This document shows positions 1 to 10,900 of a stretch of 64,000 nucleotides of DNA, piece after piece. Positions within the stretch are counted from its first letter, which is position 1; each line of letters begins with the position of its first letter. Under the pieces are notes generated by a model, which searched no databases, was not told the origin of the DNA, and worked only from the letters and a program-made list of their open reading frames with translations. The translations under genes were made by a program, and so were the position numbers. This DNA is from Phoronis australis (taxonomy: Eukaryota; Animalia; Phoronida), in NCBI GenBank assembly GCA_002633005.1, contig NMRA01000508.1, positions 165,250 through 229,249 on the forward strand, given 5' to 3'.

Positions 1-1370
1 GTTTTATTTCAAATACGACTTTTTTCAAAAGTTGAATACTTAACGACGAAACTTAAGTAGTTGACCGGATGTATTTTTTTCTAAACAACGTGTGGTTAAC
101 ACTGAAACTTGGTTGGTTATGTAATATTAAAACACCAATATTTTGTCACCTCATTGAGAGTAAAAACAAGAATTCAAACTACAAAATACAAATTTTGATA
201 ACCCTCCTCCTTCAAAGCCACATCATTGGCCGCGCAGCACAGAATTAACTGGGGCGACTGTAGCCCCCCCCCGCCCCCAGGCCCCTATGGTGTGACGCCC
301 ATGGACGACAGACGATGCAGAACTGAAATAAGTGGGGGTTATAACCCGACCCCAATCCCCAATGGTGCGTCGCCGATGCACATGAGTCATTTAGAATTAC
401 ACAATCCATTCATGGACCATTCGCGTAATGTAGTAAGCATTTACGCGGAGACTACCACTTTTTGCGAAAAATTTGGATTTTGTCAAACCTAGCCACACTT
501 GTTTTGCTTAGACGGGCTTAGTCATTCACCATATAAGGAAAATGCGTGACGTCAGAAATTACAAAATCCTTTAATCAATACTTTAAAGGTGCCCTCTCGT
601 TTTATTTTAGTATCGATTATAGTCTATGATTTTAGTAAAAATTCCATAAAACGGATTTTAACGCAAGTTGCAGAGTGTAGCTCTGCCGAAATGTAAGCTG
701 AAATAGTGTTCGTGGCGTAGATGGGTTCGCACATGTTGTTACCCACATGTGCCGGTACTAATACCTTTCAATGTAGCAATAGTCTGAAGACAGGTCGAGT
801 TAATCGCTTAGTTACATGTAATCTCGACCGCACGTTCACAAGTCTACTCAAATAAAACGTTTGACTTAAGTGTTGCATTTCGAAGCTCATCTGTTCTAAA
901 TGGATAATGTAACGGAGAGTTTATAGTTCACAAACATTGCTAAGTCTGGTCTGCAAGTCACCTATTGGCCACATCACGAACAAAGATCCGAAAATATTTG
1001 TGCCCCCGACCGGGACTCGAACCCAGGACCTTCTGCTATCCGTGTATTTATAGTAGAATATTCGTCTCACTGGTCCATGAAATGTGCAGAACACTTATCC
1101 CAACTTCATTTGTTCTCACGACCTTCACCCTAGGGCACCTGAAAGTTGTTGATCTTCACTTACGGCGCGTTTCATAGTTCACTGTTCACTGCGCAAGTTC
1201 ACGACCCTCAGACGATTTCAACTCACTGCAATCAACACGAACTTGAACTTAGTTTTTAAGACAGCAGTAAGAGTACATGTAGCTGACATAAAAAGACCGA
1301 TAACATGCAGCTATAGTTAACTAGTTACAATATTTATGTGTCACAGTGACACGTACAGTAGTAAATTACA

Positions 1371-1420
1371 ACAATACAATACAATACAATACAATACAAT
1401 ACAATACAATACAATACAAT
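1371..1420. repeat. (ACAAT)n microsatellite, likely the 3' tail of the adjacent LINE
   Basis: About 10 perfect pentamer units directly downstream (minus sense) of the LINE remnant. Confidence 0.9.
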
Positions 1421-1559
1421 TAAATTAAATATGTATGTTCCCAATCCTTTGGTTTTATTTTCACCTTCAATTCTGCATATATTGAATAATAGGGTATAAT
1501 GTCTCGTTTCTTCTGAAGTAGGCTTCTTATACAATTGTTGCCAAATGAAACAAAACCTG

Positions 1560-1710
1560 GCGTGCGTTCAGTAGACGCTAGGACCTACGCTAGGACCTAG
1601 CTAAAACCTAGTCAAAGTCATGTGTTCTCATTTAAAATGCATGGCAATATCTCACGTAATCTCGCGAAGTCTTGCTCTTTAGCGAGGTCCTAGCGTTACT
1701 GAACGCCCGT
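1560..1710. mobile_element. ~150-bp MITE, PIF/Harbinger-like
   Basis: TIRs GCGTGCGTTCAGTAGACGCTAGGACCT / AGGTCCTAGCGTTACTGAACGCCCGT with flanking CTG..CTG 3-bp duplication. Related copies at ~2640-2748, ~6131-6212 (partial) and ~36803-36955 (inverted). Confidence 0.75.
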
Positions 1711-2639
1711 CTGGTGTTTTTCAATGCCACTCAACTAATTTAAATTGTGAGAAGCAATTTTGGAGAAAATGTCATTTCCCAGGTGATCATTACGGGCAGA
1801 CGAAAATGAAATGTTACTCATCTTCGATTACAAATTCTTTCGTCAGCAGGAATATTTGTAAACAGTTCTGCTTCAATTTCTAAAGGCGACGATCCCAAAC
1901 GTAACTGAGCTAAAAAAAGTTTTTCTAATCGGGTAATGGTCCAATGTAACGTGCCCAATTTTTTGAGAACCAGTTTTCTCCACTGAATAAGGGGCATCAA
2001 ACTGGTTCTCAAAATACGGGCACATTATCAGACTATTGCCTCTGAGCGTTACAGATCTAAGTCAATGTTTCTGTAAAAAAGGGCTGTTTGAACATGACAT
2101 GCGTTCTGAGTTCGCATTAACATTTTTTCACACCAAATATTTTCATATTTTCTTTTACAATGTTTAAATTACAAGTAGACTTTTTAATTAAAATTATTAA
2201 AACAATCAATTTGTTGAGTTTCGAGTAAAACCTTCTTGGCGTCAGCAGTTCTTTTATTCTGCAAATCAAGTATTCCCATAGGAATATATTTTTGGTAAGT
2301 CTTTTATCTGGCAGAGTCACTAATCTATTTCACAAGCGTATTATGTTTAATTTTCTGCTATTCATCGAGGGCTCCCATCCCATATCTCCGCTAACGACGT
2401 GATTTGTTCAAAATTCATGAAGACCTAAAGAGAAACGCATGGCTCCATTTAGATGTTTTGAGGGGACTGAAATTCCCTGAAGCCCCAAAATACATGCCAA
2501 GTGATGTCGTATGGATAATGCAAGGTACTGTTTAACTTGCAAGATCCATGCGATGGGCGTAAGTGCGTCGCAAAGTTATCGCGTATGTTTCGCTACCACT
2601 GTTTGCCTGTGTTGCGTCTTTGGAGGCTATAACAATATA

Positions 2640-2748
2640 GGCGTGCGTTCAGTAGGCACGCGCTTTCATTTAAAATGCACGGCAATATCTCACGTAATCT
2701 CGCGAAGTCTTGCTTTTTAGCGAGGTCCTAGCGTTACTGAACGGGAGG
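2640..2748. mobile_element. Internally deleted copy of the 1560-1710 MITE
   Basis: ggcgtgcgttcagtag ... gcaatatctcacgtaatctcgcgaagtcttgc ... aggtcctagcgttactgaacg is shared with 1560-1710. Confidence 0.75.
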
Positions 2749-4625
2749 CTGGTCGCCTGGATATCGTACCTCAGGGCACATCAACTGGTTACCGATAAAT
2801 GCTTACCATTATCTTTACTATAAGAAAGAAAAACAAAGTGAACAATTGATACGCCTATCGAACGGTCCTTAAGCGACGAGATTACGACCACAAGTTTCCC
2901 TTGGGCGATGAGTAGTCTTGAATTGGAGCTTCACAAGAATTAGACATTATAAAAATGTTAAATCGTAAGTTAGTGTTCGTTTTAAATGTTAATCAGTTTT
3001 CCTAATACCCTATCAGCTGCATCAGCAAGAAAATCGGCGGAGCTATTAAAATCTAGGTGTTCGTCCAAATTTATGACTAAATATGCTTATATCATGATTG
3101 GTATTTAACAGATTCTGTCCCTAATTGAAGTTCAAAATTACCAACGTCGATTGATTTCCATCGGAAGTGCACGATTTTTGTTTTCGACCTATTTGGCACC
3201 ATGCACCACTTATAATACCAATTATTCAAAACATCTAATATCTCCTGTAAATCATTTTCATTTTCAGCCACAAACACTGCGTCGTCTGGATACAAAACAG
3301 TTCTCACGCCCTTGCCCCTGCAATTTGTCTCCCATACTAGTTCGTTGATCTATAATACAAATAAAGACTGGGAAAATGTGTTACCTTGTCTGACACCATT
3401 CTCACGATTGAACCAGTCTGTGTACAAAGTGTCGTTTAAACGAATAAAGCTTAGCGGGCTTTCATAAATCATTTTAATCGCAGATATATACGTCCTGAGA
3501 TACCATTTTTATCAACTTAAAAAACATGAATTTGTGACTACTCCAGTCAAAGGCTTTTTTCAAATCTATGAATGCCGTAAAAGTAGAAAGACTGGAAGCC
3601 TTTCGAGTCCTTATTAGAGTTGTTAAGACATGCAGTACACGTACAAATCATCAAGATAGGAGCGCTGTCTCCGGAAACCGTTTTGCTCATCTACAATAAC
3701 ATTTTATTTGCGTCACAAAAAATTGCCATCCTGTTGGTCAATACAGAGCTGAATTTTTTAAGTATTCGACGACATTCCTCTGTGGTATAACCGTGACCAA
3801 ATTTCAATGTCTTGCCTGGAAGGTTATCTATATCAACTGCTTTACCAATTTGGCACCCATAACTACTTTCCTGACCCCTTCAAGTTTTATATCACTATTT
3901 CAGACAGAAAGGTTGCAGTTACATGTACCTTCACTGCTACACGATGGATTTTCCAAAATTATTTTGTTTGTCCATAACATTTTGATAAAAATCACAGCAA
4001 AACTTTTATCGCTTGAATAATTTTGGAATAGCGTTTGAAAGTTATTTTTCCATTTTTGAGTATTTATGTTCAAAAAAACTCCATTGTCCGAATTTAGGAC
4101 TTTTAACTGTGACGTCACTTCGCTTATTGGGTGTATACCATTAATCGGACTGCCCAGACATTGTTTCAATGTGTTAGCCGGTGGTATAGTGTATCACCGG
4201 AAACATTTGAGTGCCACCTGTAGGTCTACAATTCAGCGAGTGTCCGGACACTCATTTGTATTACATCTGTGAAAGGCTCCGTGCCATAGAGTAAGAATTT
4301 TGAGAGAATGAAGGCTAATATGACCTCTTATTCCTCTTGAAATACACGTGCAATCGTGCGTTTTGCGTCAAATTTTTCTGCCTCGACCGAAAGCAGCAAA
4401 CAGACACTGACTTTCAAGAAAATCAGTGTCTGTGCACCGATTTCTCGCATTACCTTTCGAAATTTGAAAACTGTACAATCCTGCCAAACCGAGAACACAA
4501 TACAATCCATGTTTGAAACGTGTTTAAAACGAGGCTATACTTTTAAATATAAAAAGCCAATCGTTCACCGTTGGGATTGTACATGTGCAGTAAATGATGT
4601 ATATTCTGTTTCCACGGCAGGTACA

Positions 4626-4900
4626 ATGGGCAAGTGTGTTGTCCTACTGTTTGTGCTCGTCGTCATAGCGACCTTGGTGCACGAGGGGGACTCCTGGAGA
4701 AGGTTTCGGATTCGGCTTCCACGCATACGAATTCGTCTCCCACGTATACGGTTGCGTTTACCGCGTCTGCGTTTACCGCGCGTGCGCATTCGAGTGCGAC
4801 GATTGCTGCCCCGTATCAGGTTGCCACGATTTCGCTTGCCAAGAATCAGGGTTCCAAAACCACCCAAGTGTCCTGAACTCGACACCTCCAATTTCCTTAA
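4626..4900 (+). CDS. Cationic-precursor coding exon 1: signal peptide + Arg-rich repeat
   Basis: ATG at 4626 follows a pyrimidine-rich ...ttccacggcag element. Hydrophobic signal peptide, then (R-I/L-R-L-P)n. Donor GTGAGT at 4901, phase 2. Confidence 0.9.
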
Positions 4901-7900
4901 GTGAGTATTGCAATGGGCAGTCAATATGTGTTTATGTGATGAATGTAGTTATGTGCCGAAAAAGTGGAAATTCCTGTCAACACGTCACTCCTATTTTTCG
5001 TGTGCTAATCTGTATCAAAGAAGCTACATTGTATCTAAGAAACAACTTCATGTAGACGACTTGCCATTATGAAGTTGGTCTTAAATTGTTCCATAATCAG
5101 AGCGACAAATTGGCTTGTCACGACGTGTCATTTTATGCCAGAGCATGCGCTCAAAGGACAACGAACAGCCAGTTCTTTGGAAACCCAGAAATCACGTGTC
5201 CCCTAATCTAAGAAAGGAACAAGTTAAGAAAAAAGTTCAAAGCAGTGTGCAGCTTAAGTTGAAAGTTGACTTGTTTGACGAAACGCAAGGTTACTAAACC
5301 CTGTTTTGATGATTTCAACAAACCATCGTTCTATCACTTGCTAATACATCATTGGCGTCAATCTTGAAAGGTAAAAACAGGAAGGGATCTCCTAAAAACT
5401 TAATTCTCCCTACGTCACAGATTGAATAGTATGGTTCTTGATGGGTGGTTCTTCCCCACAGTCGCTTTGTAATTCGCTAAAATCTTAAGTCACGCTTGCC
5501 CGTGCATCAGACTTCGAAAGGGGTTTTCAAATTTTAGTCCAAAATTTTATGGGTGGTCACTGGTTATAGAGCATTATTTTGTTGCAAGGAATTGTACGGG
5601 AAAGTCTTTTTTAATATCTGTTAATAGGCGAAAACCGGGTTTGGTAACCCTTAAAGGGATTCCGTCAAAGTTCATACTGATCTGTGGATTAGAAGTTGTA
5701 AATTTAATTCTTTGCTTAGCGAAATTTCACTTATATAGGCTAAGACTGCAAAAGGTTAAGCCCAATTTTCAGTCATTGTTACGTGAGGTATTTGATTACC
5801 ACAACCTGGAAAAATTTATTTACAATGATAAATTGGATCCTGAGAGATTCCAGGCAAGGGGGTATTTTTTGCCTAGCAACTAGTTTTATAGGGTTCGATA
5901 ATGTTTGTAATTTGTTTGAGGTACTTGACTAGATTTCATATTGCTGTACAACTATATACTGGTTGGGAGAATTAATAAATGTTTTATTCAAAAAAATCAT
6001 ACTGACATGTTTACGTTATGATAAAACCAGATTTTGCTTCCTTATATAGTGGCATCGGCAAATGTTGTTTTTTTGCTTGATACCAGTTTTTACTATAAGA
6101 ATAATAACTAGAGGAAATCTTTCCTACCCAAAGTCACATGATCTCATTTAAAATACACGACAATATCTCACGTAATCTCGCGAAGTCTTGCTTTTAAGCG
6201 AGGTCCTCGCGCCAACGGGTTTTGCTTCCTTTAAAGTGGCATCGGCAAATGTTTTTGTGCTTGATACCAGTTTTTGAGGAAGTCTTTCCTATCTAACGGT
6301 AATCCCCAAAGTACGTTTTACGGTCCTGAAACCGACTGAGTCCCTTTCATAGCCAACCCAGAACTATGAGATCTTATTTAAGGCAGAACTAATTCCACGC
6401 TGGGATTGGCTCATTACAGGGAGGCGCTTTGTTCTGTTGACAACGGCGTCAAGAATAGCGGTTGCATGGAATTATGTCACGCATTTGGCGACATGTTCGA
6501 AGTTAAAGATTACAACGTGAAGTGCCCAGTTGCTTGCCAGAACCTTTGCAATCTTCCTAATTTGGGTAAACGGGTGAGTGTAGTAAAACTGCAACATCGA
6601 AGTGAAAAAGTTGCCTTACGTTATACCACCAACATGTGCAGTTATCAAATAGGTTTCAACAGATATCTTCTTAACACTGGTTTGAAGTGATTTTTGTGTT
6701 TGGATAGAGCTGAGAAGAAGTCTTTTTGCTGAAGATTAAGAATCCACTCCATTTTATGCACAGAAACCAATATGGCTGGTTACACCAAGGTACGTTGACC
6801 TGTCAATAGGTGGAGACAGTGATCTACATGTTCATGTATAAATGGGAACATTTGCGCATTTTGATTTGAATGAAACGGGAGTGTACTAATATAACTTCGG
6901 TCCCATTAAGATACTTTGGTACTTCAGTAGCCGATCATGAGCCGGTGTGCTTGGAACACATAGAATGAATTTCTTTTATTGGGTTTTGTCAATAAATTAT
7001 CAAAAATAAATAATATCCATCTAATGCTAACTCGAAGCTATTCACTTGGTGTCTCAAGCGAAGGAAGAGACCTTTCCATAGAAAAGCCTGCATTCAGGTA
7101 GATCGCGTGGCCCTTTATCACATCGTTCTGAGGGGCAGTGCACAAAGAGATCTACGCACATCGAATGCATATTAGGTCAGCTCATAGCTAACATACAGTG
7201 TATGCCGCTTAATAAACCATGGTGATTTTGCCTCGCGAGGGGGTGAGTCACTTGTTAGATTTTTTCACGTCACTGTCGCAAACCTTCACAACATGTCGGG
7301 GAGAAACCCAAGTTCTTCAGGCCAATTACAATCGCTTGCCAAAGAAAGTTAGTAATTGCCTTGACGACAACAAACCGTCACGCCCGCTCATTGAAACCGT
7401 GTGTACTGCATATACGTTGCTTTATTTACTGCGGTAGGATAATCAACAATTTACCTCGTAGTGGGAGGAAACAATGGCGTGAGCTAAATTGCACTTGAGG
7501 CACACAGCTCAGGTCGGAGCTCTCCGTCTGCGCTCGCCTTTAGCAGATCAAAAAGAGCAACCTGTATTTACCGCAAAGTGAATATCGAGTAGCGTTGGGA
7601 GGACGTGAAGGGCTAGGTCTTCCATAGTCATGTGACGTGGTTTGAGTAAATTTTCAAATTACATGCGATGTGATTGGTCTGTTTCAAATTACAAGCGATG
7701 TGATTGGCCTGTTTCCAAATTACATGCGATGTGATTGGCTTGTTTTCAAATTGAAGCTCTGGTTAAGTTTGTCTGAGTCGAGTCTGAGTTTGGAGAATAA
7801 ATCATCTTAGGCCCAGGATCCAAAATTATTAATCTCATTCGCAATCGTTGGTATAAAAATAATGCTCGTGATTGGTTACGTTTTCAAGGGTGAAATTCCC

Positions 7901-10900
7901 AGCGGGAATGACGACTTCAATTACTACGACGAGAACAAGGACAACAAGATCAGTAGCGCAGAACTGTCAAATGTTCTCAGAGTCAACGAGAGAGAAGTGG
8001 ACGAGAGGACTCTAGGAAGATTCTTCGTGGAGAATGATTTGAATCGTACGTGAACAGCTTTTGAAATTATTTATTTCTGCAAGCAGACATTGGGGACTAA
8101 TACGTGTAGGTAAAGTAAGCTCGTGGTTGTAGCACATGTCTCTTCAAGATAACTTACCGACAAGCCTGTACATTTAGTCACGTATTTACAAAAATATAGA
8201 AATTAACCCCGTAAAAGTATACATTTCCTGAAAGCAGAAACCGTATAGACTTTTATTTTTAGTTTTAATCAATATATCGTTAACTGAATTGCCTGCTACT
8301 GTTAGTAAAATTTAGCAAAAAAAGTGCATTCTCCGCCAATGTACATGTACGGTATCAATAACGTTAATCAAATTTCATTTAACATAATAATAGCTCAAGA
8401 CGAAGTCTCAGCTAAAAATATCATTTCGTTTCAGTTTTAAGCCGTTTTTTGTTTTACAAAAAATCATAGCAATTTTTGTTTTGATAGCTTCTTGCTCAGA
8501 AGTGAAATATTTAAAAAAAAACAAGTTCCATAAATGTTTTGGACTGAAAGCAGTGTATAAAGATTAGTGAATGAAGGTTTTACGTGAATTCAGTAAGCCT
8601 TTTCAGATTTATGATCTTCTAAATTTAGCTAAATTTGGACATTTCTTCTAGGGTCCCACACGATTTTAGTTGCTTTCAATTCTTTGGCAAATCCTTATCG
8701 GTCACTTTCAGACCTTTTGATTTTCGACCCTTTTAGTAATTTTTGAGTATTGACTTCCCTTAGTATGTGGGTCGACTCGCGCAAACGTTTACACACATAC
8801 AGGCATACAAAGTGATTCCCCTGAGCGCGTCGAAAGTTATTAGCTGGCTATGAACCCCACGGTCACTCCGAATCCTTCTTCAGTTCCCGGGAACGTCCAT
8901 ATACAATGTGGGTGCAAAAGTTTTCGGAACACACCAATTAATCCAGACACAAAAGTTTGTAAAAATGTCAAGTGTGAGAACGTGGTGTGACTGGGGACTT
9001 TCATTGCTATTTGTGGGTCCACATTTTCAATAATAATTTGGGTTTTATCATTGTTGTTTAAGACTAAATAATAAAATCTTTGAGACGCGATTCTGCGCGT
9101 AGTGATAACGACGATGCCGGCAGTGTACGTATCTCAAAGATTCATTATTTTTGAAGCACATATGATCATTTCTACAAAAATAAAACTTGCCCCATTGTGT
9201 GATGGTACAGGGCACGAACTGAGATAGTTCAGTCAGCGCCAATTCAGAGAAAAATATACCTCGATAGGTTGAAAATAACACAATTTAAAGTTATTTGATG
9301 AAAAGTGAAAAGAAATATACTTTTCTTTGAATGGCTTGATTTAAGGAGACGGGTTCTTGGACAGAGAGGAATTCGTGAAAGTTAACGAAAGAGAAAATGG
9401 TAAGTATGAATTAATCGATGTTCAAGTAAAAATGTTGTGTCTGTGAAAATATTACTAATTTAATTTCAGTTGTAAATGTATTTGAGCTGAAGTTTTTAAG
9501 AAGCGTGTAGTTTGTCCGTTAGTGATGAAATACATCTTTAGATTGCCATCAATATGTATGCCTGTACACTGAATTTGTTGTAGAGTACGTATTTTTATAT
9601 TATTTACGGGACATTATAAAATTGGTTGATATTTCTACAGAAGCTCTGGAAATGCTCCTGATTGCTTCAGCACTTTGGCTGAGCGTGATTTATTGCAAAT
9701 GTACAGTAGAATGTCACAGATGGTGCTTTAGCTCAGGCGTTTGGTGCAATGGGCCCAACCACGCAGCATGCGCAAGTCTGATGCATCACAAATTAAAGAC
9801 ATCAGGCCACCTGCACTTTTTTGTTTTTATTGTGATTTTGTAACTGTGACAGTTTCGTCGCTTTGACATTATGACGGCCTCGTACGTTGGTATATAAAAC
9901 TGTACACCTCTGGTACACTCTTCTTTCCCAGTGGTACGAGAGGTTTCCATATAGGTGGCGCTGTGACAGCGGATAACTGTAAGTGGGAATCTGGGCCCGG
10001 TTGTATTCCTTTCCTATGCTGCACGCGCTCCCGGGTATTTTGACGTTGCTTTAGGCCTAAAGCAGTAAAAATAAAATTTGATTTATACCACTTACCATTA
10101 CTGGAAGTCGCATTTTTTTAAGTTAGGTCTTAACGCCACCTCTTGGTCACATTACGTGACCTCGTGAAACTGATGTGGCAAGGACAGTTTGTCTGTTTCT
10201 TCAAATTTTAGAAATCATTTATCATTTCAATAAGGAACAGAATGAAACCAGTTTCGCGGCGGAAAGCGATAAATCAAAATATGTAATTTGGATGACGAAA
10301 AGCGTTTTTTTTTTTTCGTATGCATTCTAAATTTATTGCCCTTCTATTATTTGCAATCGAATGCGCCGTATACCAACTATTATCCAGCTCGGCAGAAGAT
10401 AACTGCGTTGCAGGGTGATATTTTTCAGGTCAAGAGGTCATTGGTGAAACAATCAACTTCCATAGAGCATTGAGATAAGTTCTAGTGAATAACCTTACCA
10501 GGAAGCATGTGCTTTTAATCAAATTATCAACAAAATTTCAAAATTGTATTCCGAAAAGATACATATTTTCTGAAAGTAAAAAGATCGTAAAATATAATTT
10601 CCTACTTAACAAATAATGTCTTCACAAGGCCATGTTTTCTTTTACTCATTTTTAGCAAAAAACAATGTTTCAGAAAAGATGAAGCATTTCACATAAATTT
10701 TCATGAACAAATCTAGAAAACAGTTCTCCAAATATTTTATTTTATGCAGCAGTTTTTAAAATGAAAATCGATATTTTCATAAAAATCATTTGAAAAAATA
10801 TGTGTACAGCCCCAGAAATCACTTTCGCATTATATCCAGGTTCTCATTCATTCCGTTGCATACACTCACTAGTACGGCCGAGCTGGGAAAAGTAGGAGAC

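Larger units (their letters stand above)
1421..3900 (-). mobile_element. Decayed non-LTR retrotransposon (RT and C-terminal region, RTEX/Proto2-like), interrupted by MITEs
   Basis: Minus-strand fragments EQNGFRRQRS (~3660-3690), FIDLKKAFD-like (~3547-3575), GVRQG (~3384-3398), LYPDD..AENENDLQEILDVLNNW..KW..PNRSKTKIVHFR (3092-3307) and LAQLRLGSSPLEIE..NIPADERIC (1818-2012). Many stops and frameshifts; boundaries approximate; clade tentative. Confidence 0.8.

Noticed and set aside
4356-4625. N-terminal 90 aa of the 182-aa ORF in the track
   Set aside because: Non-ATG start and no recognisable content; the signal peptide starts at ATG 4626, just after an acceptor-like sequence.
4626-4900. Reading the Arg-rich protein as a protamine or nuclear basic protein
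   Set aside because: It has a signal peptide, alternating Arg/hydrophobic residues rather than Arg clusters, and a GKR processing site.
4565-4924. 119-aa Arg-rich minus-strand ORF, protamine-like in appearance
   Set aside because: Antisense shadow of the Arg-codon repeat; no splice support or signal peptide, whereas the + frame has both.
6764-6789. AG..GT-bounded 26-nt candidate exon in the cationic-precursor gene
   Set aside because: It would shift the frame; 6573 splices to 7889 in phase without it.
7652-7752. CRISPR-like spaced repeats (also the 19650-20385 array)
   Set aside because: Units are contiguous or degenerate tandem repeats without unique spacers, no cas genes are present, and the DNA is eukaryotic.
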